A stretch of DNA of 20,000 nt from an uncultured virus (IMG/VR IMGVR_UViG_3300002307_000047). Lineage: Duplodnaviria > Heunggongvirae > Uroviricota > Caudoviricetes. Below the pieces are notes generated by a model that was not told the DNA's origin, made no database searches, and saw nothing but the letters and a program-made list of their open reading frames with translations. The stretch spans positions 51,707 through 71,706 of IMG/VR virus record IMGVR_UViG_3300002307_000047. One strand, given 5' to 3'. The position numbers and the translations under genes are program-made. This document shows, one piece after another, positions 7,692 to 16,159 of the stretch (its first letter is position 1; each line of letters begins with the position of its first letter).

Positions 7692-7729
7692 GTTTTATGT
7701 TTTTTTATTTCTCAATAATAATAACCGCC

Positions 7730-9544
7730 TTAGAAGGGGTAAGGATTACCGTTTTCATCAAGTTCTGGTGCGGGTGGTTCATCCTCTTTGTCTTTTGATA
7801 TTCTACTATCCCTGATGTCTCTTTTTAAAAGGCTAGTTGTAGATGCGTTAAATTTTTCTTCATCCGCTTGATTTAAGTATCGCATCTCATTCATTGGCTT
7901 ATCACCCTCCTCAGCGTATCTTCCACTTGGTATATCATAGGTGAACGTTTGCATACCTGTTTTACCAACCCATTTAAACTTTACCTTCTGCACATGTACA
8001 TCAACGGTATTGGTATCAAAATTTCTATACACACAGATACCATTAAAAGCCTTATTATAGAAATGAGCCGAATCTGATATATCGTATAGGGTTGGAATAT
8101 TGTGTTTTTTAGTCACAACATCTTTGGGAATCTTAGTCGGGTGCGCCACAAGGAATATATGCACATTATACTTGGCACAAAACATCGTCATTTTTGTAAG
8201 AGCCTCACTGATGTAATCATTTTTGTCCTGTCCATTGTCTCGCTTATGACTCAAATAATTCCAAGGATCAAGTATGAGTGCATTTATACCATACCTCTTA
8301 ACCAACTCAGCACCTTTCGTAAGGACTCCATCTATCGACAAATCATTGTCATTGATCGAAAGAAAGTAGAAGTTATCATTTAAAAACTCCAGTGTTCTTT
8401 TCCTGACATCAATAGGAGTGTCTTTTATGTTTAGTCCAGTAGTCTTTTCCATGAGTCGGATAACATGTATTTCGGGCGGTTGTGTCTCAGGTGAAAAAAC
8501 TCCAAATCTCCATTTGTGTCTCGTGGCTAATTTTATCGCTATCTGATCGAGAAAGTCAGATTTACCATGAGACGGTATGCCCGTTATGATTGTAAGTTCT
8601 CCGCCCTTCCACTTGATTAGGTCATTGAATCCAATATAATCTATCGACAATACCTCGGGATACCCATACAGGGCAATATTTTCAACCTTATCAGCAAGAG
8701 ACTGAACAGTAACGATCCCCTCCAAATCACACTGCCTTGCATTAGATATACAAGCAAATAAGGTATCCTTACCATGCTTCAAAAGTACATCATTACTATC
8801 TTTACAGTCTTTCGGATATTGCACTATATAGCACCTGTCTGCGCCAAGCCTACGGACAAGCTCCACCTGCAATGATAATCCCGCCTCGTCCGAATCTGTG
8901 GCAATCGTGATCTTATCTATATTTTCAAAGGCATCAATGCAATTATCAAGGTATATTAGCTTCTGATTGCCCTTAGATGCCCCATTTGGCACAGAAATGA
9001 CGTTTGCAAGCCCTATCTCCATAAGGCTAAGGCAATCTATCTCCCCCTCTGTTATTATGGCCTCAGAATGCCCCGTAATTGAATCTATGTTATAGAAAAT
9101 CAACTCTGCGCCCCCTGACAATGAAAACTGCTTGTCTTTATTCCGAAACTTGATATTTATAAGCTCTCCCTCTCGGTAGTAATTGAAACACATACAAGGC
9201 GTTTCTTTCCCTGCTTGGGGTATAAACTCTAATGCTTCGGTAACTTTTGCTTTTAAAAGTGTCTCATTAGAGATGCCACGAGCCTCAAACCACTTTGCAA
9301 TGTTTGCTCCCACAGCCTTGGGGCGTGGTTCAGGTTTTTTGTAAACTTTCTTTTCTCTCACTTCATACACTTTAGCGGTTCCACTAAATCCACAGTGGTG
9401 GCAATTAAAAACACCATCTTCCTTATTCACCGATAGGCAAAGGTCTGTTTTATTCTTTCGCTCGGGACTGCATTTTGGACAGAGTGTTTTACCTTGTTTA
9501 ACAATCTTCCTTACGTCAATTCCATATTTGCCCCAATCCATCAT
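7730..9544 (-). CDS. Bifunctional DNA primase-helicase (T7 gp4/Twinkle-like)
   Basis: N-terminal zinc-binding domain (CPKC...CHHC), TOPRIM (ITEGEID, ATDSDEAG), SF4 helicase Walker A GIPSHGKS, Walker B LILDP, FLVAHP. Confidence 0.95.
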   Translation of the reverse strand: MMDWGKYGIDVRKIVKQGKTLCPKCSPERKNKTDLCLSVNKEDGVFNCHHCGFSGTAKVYEVREKKVYKKPEPRPKAVGANIAKWFEARGISNETLLKAKVTEALEFIPQAGKETPCMCFNYYREGELINIKFRNKDKQFSLSGGAELIFYNIDSITGHSEAIITEGEIDCLSLMEIGLANVISVPNGASKGNQKLIYLDNCIDAFENIDKITIATDSDEAGLSLQVELVRRLGADRCYIVQYPKDCKDSNDVLLKHGKDTLFACISNARQCDLEGIVTVQSLADKVENIALYGYPEVLSIDYIGFNDLIKWKGGELTIITGIPSHGKSDFLDQIAIKLATRHKWRFGVFSPETQPPEIHVIRLMEKTTGLNIKDTPIDVRKRTLEFLNDNFYFLSINDNDLSIDGVLTKGAELVKRYGINALILDPWNYLSHKRDNGQDKNDYISEALTKMTMFCAKYNVHIFLVAHPTKIPKDVVTKKHNIPTLYDISDSAHFYNKAFNGICVYRNFDTNTVDVHVQKVKFKWVGKTGMQTFTYDIPSGRYAEEGDKPMNEMRYLNQADEEKFNASTTSLLKRDIRDSRISKDKEDEPPAPELDENGNPYPF

Positions 9545-10386
9545 TTCTGCACTCTCCTATAATACGGAGTTGTTCCTTGGTCTTTTAGGATTCTATCTGA
9601 TTCTTCTACTCTTGATTTAAGTTCTTGGTATGGAGTTGGATGCTCAAATGTGGATACCCATATCATTTCATCTTTTGATGTGCTCCTTTGGATAATCCAA
9701 TTTTGTGGAACATGAATCCCTTTCCATGTTTTTGATATAGCAACATCAATAAGAGCTATAGCATTTTGCTCTATCCCCTCTGATAGCTTAAATAAATCAT
9801 TAATGCCTTGTATTTCAGAAATTGTACCCTTGTACTTAAAACCGTGTTGTTGTCTTTTATATTCCTTCCACCGCTCCCAAGCAACCTTAAATTCATCCGA
9901 TGAAAATGGATATACTAATTCTATTTCCTTTTCTTTACTATCCTTTCCTTTCCTTTCCTTTGTTGGATTTCGTTGAACAGTCGTTAACGGTTGCTCAACG
10001 GTCGTTGAACGGTCGTTGGCTCTTTTTTGGGCTGATGCCTTCCCCGCTAGCGATCTTTGTTCTCTTGACAAATTTCGCAACTCTATGTTTCTGAATACTC
10101 TATCACTCCAAAAATGAGTTTCGTCATTTTGGAACAACTCACATTCATCGGATATGGCATAATCTATTACCTCAGATACAAAGTCAGAAGTAGTTAGCAT
10201 CTGCTGAGCTATCGTAGTGTAGATATACTTCTTTTTTTCAATTTTGTGGCCTTCTCCTGAGTGGAGCATTTCTATAAGCCGCCAAAAAATACCATATCCA
10301 GCTCCACCGTACTTTGCTAAAAGTGCGCCTATTTTTGGATCGGAAGTCGGTTCGTAATCGTGGGGAAAATAAAAAGTATCTTTCAT
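9541..10386 (-). CDS. Replication initiator-like protein (DUF4373/Lin1244-like N-terminus)
   Basis: YFPHD...GYGIFWRLIEML N-terminus, RSLAGKASA linker, low-complexity repeat region, AWERWKEYK C-terminal domain; lies upstream of the helicase. Confidence 0.75.
   Translation of the reverse strand: MKDTFYFPHDYEPTSDPKIGALLAKYGGAGYGIFWRLIEMLHSGEGHKIEKKKYIYTTIAQQMLTTSDFVSEVIDYAISDECELFQNDETHFWSDRVFRNIELRNLSREQRSLAGKASAQKRANDRSTTVEQPLTTVQRNPTKERKGKDSKEKEIELVYPFSSDEFKVAWERWKEYKRQQHGFKYKGTISEIQGINDLFKLSEGIEQNAIALIDVAISKTWKGIHVPQNWIIQRSTSKDEMIWVSTFEHPTPYQELKSRVEESDRILKDQGTTPYYRRVQK
9971..10018. repeat. Iteron-like repeats (candidate replication origin) inside the initiator gene
   Basis: CGTTGAACAGT/CGTTAACGGT/TGCTCAACGGT/CGTTGAACGGT/CGTTGG with 10-11 nt period, next to a strand-asymmetric pyrimidine/AT-rich tract at about 9918-9962. 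Confidence 0.6.
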
Positions 10387-10862
10387 TTAGGTTCTTTCGG
10401 GGTTTCAATATTCACATAATCATCACCGCAGACAGACCTACTTAATAAGTCACTATATTCTTTGCGGTGCTCTTTGCCTAATGAGCTTATAAATGACAGG
10501 TCTAAGCCCATATCCAAAAGAGACATGCCACTATTGTGCGCGTTTATTATGTATGATAGAAATATCATCATTTCGGGGGTATCTGCATTGCACCTCCTAA
10601 ATACAGATAGGATATATTGCCCCATACCCTTTAATTGAGCCTCCTCTGCCCAATGACATTCATGGCACAGCGTCAAAAGACAATCGTTTGTATAATCCCA
10701 AGGCTCTCTACCTTGTATGTATTGGAGATGATGTACCTGTAATTCTTTTTGGTCGCTCCCGCAGTGCTTGCACTTAAATTCATCGCGCTGCATTATTTCT
10801 AATTTCTTCTTTTGCCACAAAGGATTACCTAGTTTCCGTTGGTATTCGTTTTTATTATTCAT
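10383..10862 (-). CDS. HNH endonuclease
   Basis: W...RDEFKCKHCG...LQVHH...LLTLCHECH. Start moved to MNNKNE (10862) because the promoter lies inside the longer ORF call. Confidence 0.85.
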   Translation of the reverse strand: MNNKNEYQRKLGNPLWQKKKLEIMQRDEFKCKHCGSDQKELQVHHLQYIQGREPWDYTNDCLLTLCHECHWAEEAQLKGMGQYILSVFRRCNADTPEMMIFLSYIINAHNSGMSLLDMGLDLSFISSLGKEHRKEYSDLLSRSVCGDDYVNIETPKEPK

Positions 10863-10882
10863 TCGGGGAATATTGAGTAATG

Positions 10883-10913
10883 CAAAGATAGTAGTCATTT
10901 ATCAATATCCAAA
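10883..10913 (-). promoter_or_regulatory. Bacteroidota sigma-A-type promoter for the replication operon
   Basis: TTTG (10913-10910), 19 nt spacer, TATCTTTG (10890-10883). Confidence 0.8.
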
Positions 10914-10949
10914 CAATTTCGAAAATAAATAAAAAAAGTTTACTAAATA

Positions 10950-10980
10950 TTTGGTAGTATCAAAAAGCTATCTAACTTTG
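10950..10980 (+). promoter_or_regulatory. Bacteroidota sigma-A-type promoter for the recombination operon
   Basis: TTTG (10950-10953), 19 nt spacer, TAACTTTG (10973-10980). Confidence 0.82.
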
Positions 10981-11000
10981 CATCATCTAATAAAACAACC

Positions 11001-11249
11001 ATGACAAGAATAGAGGTAAAAGAACAACAAAAAGCACTAGAAAAACTGGTGGATGAATTTGGTAAGTATGGGCACGATAAAGCTGCTGGCGGTGCATCTA
11101 CCTATATCATTAAAAAGATGCTTACGGACGCAGCTCCTGACGAATTGACCTTTATTAAGGTGCTTGGGTACTTCCAAGGCTTAAAGGCTGCGAAAGACGT
11201 AGCTATTGAGAAAGCCAAATCAGAATTAGTTCAACCAGTAAAACAATAA
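11001..11249 (+). CDS. Hypothetical protein (possible regulator)
   Basis: 82 aa helical ORF, first gene after the promoter. Confidence 0.7.
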   Translation: MTRIEVKEQQKALEKLVDEFGKYGHDKAAGGASTYIIKKMLTDAAPDELTFIKVLGYFQGLKAAKDVAIEKAKSELVQPVKQ

Positions 11250-11366
11250 TCATGTACAAATACACAGACACACAATTTATCGGCCCCACTCGACAGTCTA
11301 TCCGACATCTCAGAGCTAACAGAAGTATTAAGCGAACCCATTTTTGAAATTAAACCATAAACACCA

Positions 11367-11412
11367 TAGCGCAGGGTGACGATACGCTACAATTCATATT
11401 CACCGTAATGAA
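11367..11412 (+). ncRNA. Putative kissing-loop RNA structure in the recombinase leader
   Basis: UAGCG-[CAGGGUGACGAUA]-CGCUA and UUCAU-[AUUCACCGUA]-AUGAA. Loop segments GGUGA and UCACC are complementary. Confidence 0.4.
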
Positions 11413-11454
11413 CAACTAGGCGAAGGTTAATTAAACACATAAACAAACAAAACA

Positions 11455-12180
11455 ATGGCAACCGAATTAGCAACAATCAAGATACCAAGCCTAACAGATT
11501 TGGTCAATGAGTCCGAGGAGCAGTACAAAGACAACGCCCTCATGGTAATCCTCAATCAAGACCCGCCTAAGCAATGGCTTGAACAGCATCCCACGGTGAA
11601 GGTGAAGAACGCACAAGGGCAATCAGTCCCGCTAATGTTTCTGCCTATTTCACGCGTAGAGTACCTTTTAAGCCGCATATTCACTAAATGGTGGGTAGAG
11701 GTCAAGGAGGTAAAGCTAATCGCTAATAGCGTGGTTACCGTGGTCAGGCTGTACGTTAAGAACCCGACCAATGGAGAAGTAGAATGGACTGAGGGTGTCG
11801 GCGCGTCCCCTTTGCAGATCAAGTCTAAGGACAATGGCGGTCAGGGGGCGATAGACTTTCAAAACATGCAGTCAGCAGCGGTACAGATGGCAGCACCGTC
11901 TTCTAAGTCATACGCTATCAAGGACGCGGCAGAATGTTTTGGCAAGCTGTTTGGTAAAGACCTCGGTAGGAAGGATATTATCGACTATGGCTCACTACTC
12001 AAGGAAGAGCCTGCGACACTGGAAGAGCTAAAGGACTTAGCGGTGCAATGTATGGAGGCGGGTATTCAGTTGTCCCCGCAGGAGTTGGCAAACTATGACC
12101 GGATAACTAAGAATCAGGAGCACAAATCCTACAATACGCTCCGCAAATTGCTCACATCTAAACTAGAACAAAAACCATAA
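11455..12180 (+). CDS. Single-strand annealing protein (Rad52/Sak-like)
   Basis: FLPISRVEYLLSRIF..W...VVTVVRL...EGVGA...SYAIKDAAECFGKLFGKDL pattern; clustered with an exonuclease and an SSB-like gene. Confidence 0.75.
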   Translation: MATELATIKIPSLTDLVNESEEQYKDNALMVILNQDPPKQWLEQHPTVKVKNAQGQSVPLMFLPISRVEYLLSRIFTKWWVEVKEVKLIANSVVTVVRLYVKNPTNGEVEWTEGVGASPLQIKSKDNGGQGAIDFQNMQSAAVQMAAPSSKSYAIKDAAECFGKLFGKDLGRKDIIDYGSLLKEEPATLEELKDLAVQCMEAGIQLSPQELANYDRITKNQEHKSYNTLRKLLTSKLEQKP

Positions 12181-12184
12181 AAAA

Positions 12185-13276
12185 ATGACAGAAGAAACAC
12201 AAACACAAAGTAGCGAACTGGTAGTCGTTATTAACCAAAGTGGGCTAGAGAAAGAAACAGCCACTACATTGCTTGAAAAGTTTGCCCCGCTCTTTGAGAA
12301 GGCAGAGGAATGGAAGCGAAAAGCAGAGAGCCTAGTTATTACCGATGTTTCTCAAAAGAGGGAAATGCAGGAAGCGAGGATAGCGAGATTGGCACTAAAG
12401 GAAATCAGGGTTGATGCCGATAAAACCCGCAAAGCACTTAAAGAAGATAGCCTTCGCTATGGTAAGGCGGTGCAAGGTGTGTACAATGTAATAGAATATC
12501 TCATAGCGCCAATAGAGAAGCACCTGCAAGAACAAGAGGATTTTGCTGAAATTCAAGAAGCAAAAGTAAAAGCCGCGCTCAAAGAAGAACGCCTCTCTGC
12601 TCTATCTCCGTATGGAGTGGTAGACAATCCTTTCGTAGACTTAGCAAATATGCCTCAAGAGAATTTTGATGCTTATTTAGCGGGTGTAAAAAAATCACAC
12701 GAGGACAAAATTGCCGCCGAACAAAAAGCGGAACAAGACCGTCTTGATGCTATCCGTAAGGAAGAAGAAGCTAGAGAAGCGCAAAGGCTAGAAAATGAAA
12801 GGCTGAAAGCGGAGGCTGAACAACGTGAAAAGGAATTAAAGGCAGAAAGGGAACGCGCAGAGGCGGAGCGTAAAGAACAGGAAAAGATACTGGCAGTGGA
12901 ACGCGCTAAGGCAGAAGCCGAAAGAAAGGAATCAGAGAAGAAAGCACAATTGGAGCGCGAGCAGTCCGAGGCTAAAGCTAAAGCAGAGCGCGAAGAGCAA
13001 GCCCGCATATTAGCAAAAGAAAGGGCAGAGCGCGAACGGGTAGAGAAAGAGCTAAAAGATAAGGCAGAAGCCGAAAGAAAAGCTAAAGAACAGGAGGACG
13101 CAAAGAAAGAACATGAGCTTAGCATGGGAGATGCAGATAAGTTTGAAAGTCTTATCGCTGATCTTGCTTCACTAAAAGAAAAGTATCAATTCAAATCTAA
13201 GAAGCACCAAGCCCTATATGCTTCCGCAAATGAGCTTTTGGACAAAACTATTGCTTACCTAAACAATAAGAAATAA
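12185..13276 (+). CDS. Long E/K/A/R-rich coiled-coil protein
   Basis: 363 aa of charged helical repeats between the annealase and the exonuclease. Confidence 0.75.
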   Translation: MTEETQTQSSELVVVINQSGLEKETATTLLEKFAPLFEKAEEWKRKAESLVITDVSQKREMQEARIARLALKEIRVDADKTRKALKEDSLRYGKAVQGVYNVIEYLIAPIEKHLQEQEDFAEIQEAKVKAALKEERLSALSPYGVVDNPFVDLANMPQENFDAYLAGVKKSHEDKIAAEQKAEQDRLDAIRKEEEAREAQRLENERLKAEAEQREKELKAERERAEAERKEQEKILAVERAKAEAERKESEKKAQLEREQSEAKAKAEREEQARILAKERAERERVEKELKDKAEAERKAKEQEDAKKEHELSMGDADKFESLIADLASLKEKYQFKSKKHQALYASANELLDKTIAYLNNKK

Positions 13277-14064
13277 TGACACCCGAAGCACAAGAATCAA
13301 GATACGGCAACTTTACAAGCTCGGCAATCATAGCCCTGCTGTCAATGGGCAAGGTTGAGATGACTCCCGAAGAACTGGCAGCACGTCCGAAGTCAGGAAC
13401 AGGGAGCGCAACAAAGCTCAAAGAAGGTGGACTGGGTGAAGCAGCAAAAACCTACATCAAGACCCGAAATTGGGAATACAAGGCAGGTCGCTCAATGTCT
13501 CAGGACTCATGGGCTAAAGAAACAGCTTGGGGGAAAATCTGTGAGCCGCGCGTAATGGAGCTATTGGGGACATCGTACATCCCGACAGGCACAGAAGTAG
13601 CCATACCGCACCCAGAGTATCCTTTTTGGAAGGGTAGCCCTGATGGACAGAAATTCAATCTCTCTACGCCTGAGACTGTGATAGACGTAAAATCTCCGTT
13701 TACGCTCAATTCGTATTTCACATTTTATGACTGTGAGACTATTGAGGATGTCAGAAAGAACCACGATGATGGAGATAAATATTACTGGCAAATCGTCTCC
13801 AATGCTTGCATCCTCGGGCTAGGCAAGGCAGAATTAATCGTATATTGCCCCTATGAGGATGAACTGGAAGAAATAAGAAAGTCCACATGTGACGACATCG
13901 CCACAGAGAAATGGCTTGAGCGCGTTAACCCGCGATCACTACCATATCTCATACGCGGCAAAGCATACAGCAACCTCAAAATATTCTCTTTCGATGTACC
14001 GCAGGTAGATAAAGACAGGCTAACCGAAAGAGTAGTAGAAGCATCAAAATTATTAATCAGATAA
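13276..14064 (+). CDS. YqaJ/lambda-exonuclease-like nuclease
   Basis: RYGNFTSS, WGKICEP, GSPDG, IDVKSP and YYWQ form a PD-(D/E)xK exonuclease motif set. Confidence 0.88.
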   Translation: MTPEAQESRYGNFTSSAIIALLSMGKVEMTPEELAARPKSGTGSATKLKEGGLGEAAKTYIKTRNWEYKAGRSMSQDSWAKETAWGKICEPRVMELLGTSYIPTGTEVAIPHPEYPFWKGSPDGQKFNLSTPETVIDVKSPFTLNSYFTFYDCETIEDVRKNHDDGDKYYWQIVSNACILGLGKAELIVYCPYEDELEEIRKSTCDDIATEKWLERVNPRSLPYLIRGKAYSNLKIFSFDVPQVDKDRLTERVVEASKLLIR

Positions 14065-14073
14065 AAAACAAAA

Positions 14074-14379
14074 ATGGCAGACAACAAATATCCTCAAGGT
14101 TTGAAAGGATTTCAAAAGAGACAGGGAAGCCCTGATTTCGTAGTGTGTAGCATAATAATAGAGCCACGCGCCCTATTTGATTGGATCAAAACCGACGAAG
14201 GTAAGGCAGCACTCAAAGACTACAACGGCACTAAGCAACTAAAGCTAAGTGTAAATAAAAGCAAGACAGGCAACTTTCTGAACTTCGCTGTTGATAATTA
14301 CGAAGGCAAGACCGATGCGCCGAAAGCAGAGGCAAAAAAGCAGAGCAGCTACGATGATAGTCAAGACCTACCGTTCTGA
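14074..14379 (+). CDS. Putative single-stranded DNA-binding protein
   Basis: 101 aa beta-rich body with an acidic tail ending DLPF; recombination-module context. Confidence 0.6.
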   Translation: MADNKYPQGLKGFQKRQGSPDFVVCSIIIEPRALFDWIKTDEGKAALKDYNGTKQLKLSVNKSKTGNFLNFAVDNYEGKTDAPKAEAKKQSSYDDSQDLPF

Positions 14380-14424
14380 TAATCAACCCATTGCGATTAC
14401 TGCCCACAGGCGGTTAAGCATGGA

Positions 14425-14512
14425 TGGTGTGTAGCTCAGATGGTTAGAGCACGATAAGCCCTTTAAATGTAGGGGACTGTCGGGGTCGGTGGTTCAATTC
14501 CACCCACATCAA
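14425..14512 (+). tRNA. tRNA-like RNA with an abnormal, extended anticodon arm (no assignable anticodon)
   Basis: Acceptor TGGTGTG/CACATCA, TA, D-arm GCTC-AGATGGTTA-GAGC, stem CGATA/TGTCG enclosing 21 nt, variable GGGTC, T-arm GGTGG-TTCAATT-CCACC, discriminator A; no encoded CCA. Confidence 0.8.
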
Positions 14513-14655
14513 CTGATAGATAGCATTGCGGTAATGCGCGAAATAAATTCTGTTATGGCTGTATCCCCTATCTCTTTGATAATATCGGCCATAATTTCGT
14601 CACGCCCTCCGATCATTTCATTCAGTATTTCTTCTTTCAGTTTCTCGATGTTCAT
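14509..14655 (-). CDS. Small hypothetical protein (48 aa)
   Basis: MNIEKLKEEILNEMIGGRDEIMADIIKEIGDTAITEFISRITAMLSIS. ATGA-coupled; its stop overlaps the 3' end of the tRNA-like element. Confidence 0.55.
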   Translation of the reverse strand: MNIEKLKEEILNEMIGGRDEIMADIIKEIGDTAITEFISRITAMLSIS

Positions 14656-14807
14656 TGTCTTTGGTTAAATTGTTTAATAATCGTTTCTAAGGTCGGCGCA
14701 TCGCATAGGTAGTACAGTCCATTCAGGTAAAACCATTTCAATGTAGGCATCTCGTTGTACCTCGCGCAGAAATAGCGGTGCGAACTGGTGCAGAGGTGGA
14801 TCGTCAT
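14652..14807 (-). CDS. Small hypothetical protein (51 aa)
   Basis: MTIHLCTSSHRYFCARYNEMPTLKWFYLNGLYYLCDAPTLETIIKQFNQRQ, with ATGA overlaps at both ends. Confidence 0.5.
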   Translation of the reverse strand: MTIHLCTSSHRYFCARYNEMPTLKWFYLNGLYYLCDAPTLETIIKQFNQRQ

Positions 14808-15010
14808 AGGTGGTGAACCGTATTATAATCTCGAATAAAATCAGGTGGGAATTTTGAAACCCATTTGCAGTTAGGGCAGATAAATTGACCATCAATTTCC
14901 CTTCTTTCTGTTCGCGGATTATAGCAAGCGTCTTTTTTATCGTTACCGCAATATGGGCGATAGTTTTTGTCTGCTAACAGATTCTTTCTAACTATGCTGT
15001 GTTGGCTCAT
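14804..15010 (-). CDS. Small zinc-ribbon-like protein
   Basis: YRPYCG...C...QFICPNCKW. Confidence 0.65.
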   Translation of the reverse strand: MSQHSIVRKNLLADKNYRPYCGNDKKDACYNPRTERREIDGQFICPNCKWVSKFPPDFIRDYNTVHHL

Positions 15011-15165
15011 TTTATGTTTATTTTAGTTTGATAAAAATCTCTCATTGTCAGAATCGGACTGCTGTGCTTTAGCACTACTCGCTGTTTATCCGCTAAATGC
15101 TTGTCGATCTCGGCTATCTTCTGACGGATTAGCTCGGACGCTTGTAGGCGCGTTGCTGTGGTCAT
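15007..15165 (-). CDS. Small hypothetical protein
   Basis: Likely start MTTATRL at 15165, an ATGA overlap with the upstream stop. Confidence 0.55.
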   Translation of the reverse strand: MTTATRLQASELIRQKIAEIDKHLADKQRVVLKHSSPILTMRDFYQTKINIK

Positions 15166-16139
15166 ATCTTGAGCTTTTTGAAGTATTCGCTTACCGCATC
15201 TATTGTCCAAATATGGTTTTTTCTACCTGCATCATTTGTTATACACCCATAAATTTCAGAGTTGTATATTTTCCCGCTTGTGTACCTCCTGCCATCACCC
15301 CAACTCATTATAACGTCCTCAACGCACATGAACCTATCTCCCGGCTTTATCTCCTTGATGGTGTCGTAGTATTCGGGCGCGGCTTCGTCTTTGATGATGG
15401 GGCACCAACCTTCACCATCCTTGTATAGGTATGGATTTGAACAAACCTCACCGCTATTATCCCATAATCCACTTTTTGACCAAACGCAACGTATTGTGTC
15501 TATCATCGTAATATCAAAAGTAATTTCACCTCCATCCTTACAGGGCTTCACCTCTCTTATGCTGTTTTTATCTCTATGCACAAGTATTGACTTAAACTTG
15601 ACCCCTAAGCCATAATCACTATAAGCCTTTTTAAGCAGTTCTTCATCGCTCCATGTTGAATAGTCTATCGGCGCGTCTGTTTTGCTCTCTGTGGGCTTGT
15701 TTTCGCGTTCTGTGGCTATGTTTAGTACTTCGTGGTGCAGGTCGTGGAGTTCTTTAAACTCTTTCCTCAGTTTGTTGTACTTATTCAAGATACTTTGATA
15801 CCCTTTAGCCTGAATCTTGTTCGCATCCTCAGCGGATTTTAACTCATCTTGCAGCCTGCTAATCTCAAATCCTAGCTGGATACGCTCTTTGCGCTCGTTG
15901 GCTATCTCTCGGTTAAGGTAGTTTATTTCGACTATCTGAGAGTTTATCTTTGCCATTAGTTCGGTACTTGCTGCAATGGCTGACTTATCAAAGTCGTCGG
16001 TTAGTTGCCCGTATTCCTCTAAGCTCTCATTTCTCAGGTATAGCCGCCACATACCGAATAGTAGTAGCATACATACTGCCGTCATGCCGTAGAATAGACC
16101 ATAAGGGCTTGGATCGAAGTTTAAGTTTTGAATGTTCAT
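15162..16139 (-). CDS. Membrane-anchored coiled-coil protein with globular C-terminal domains
   Basis: N-terminal TM (LFYGMTAVCMLLLFGMW), heptad region at about aa 55-145, then small beta-rich domains. Confidence 0.75.
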   Translation of the reverse strand: MNIQNLNFDPSPYGLFYGMTAVCMLLLFGMWRLYLRNESLEEYGQLTDDFDKSAIAASTELMAKINSQIVEINYLNREIANERKERIQLGFEISRLQDELKSAEDANKIQAKGYQSILNKYNKLRKEFKELHDLHHEVLNIATERENKPTESKTDAPIDYSTWSDEELLKKAYSDYGLGVKFKSILVHRDKNSIREVKPCKDGGEITFDITMIDTIRCVWSKSGLWDNSGEVCSNPYLYKDGEGWCPIIKDEAAPEYYDTIKEIKPGDRFMCVEDVIMSWGDGRRYTSGKIYNSEIYGCITNDAGRKNHIWTIDAVSEYFKKLKI

Positions 16140-16159
16140 GATTATTGTTTTTGGTTTGT

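Noticed and set aside
10863..10898. N-terminal extension of the HNH ORF given by the ORF track
   Set aside because: It overlaps a consensus promoter; ATG 10862 is the more plausible start.
11252..11360. Small ORF between gene 11001-11249 and the annealase
   Set aside because: Two competing short frames, one without a start codon; neither can be supported.
11372..11428. Hammerhead ribozyme (GUGACGA...GAAG)
   Set aside because: The core deviates from CUGANGA...GAAA at essential positions and stems I and III cannot be built.
12673..13125. 150 aa Ser-rich minus-strand ORF
   Set aside because: Antisense shadow of the E/K/A/R coiled-coil gene.
14513..14575. Theta/HDV-like ribozyme or second tRNA downstream of the tRNA mimic
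   Set aside because: Only a D-arm-like hairpin (GCAT-TGCGGTA-ATGC) is present, with no nested double pseudoknot or T-arm, and the region is coding on the opposite strand.
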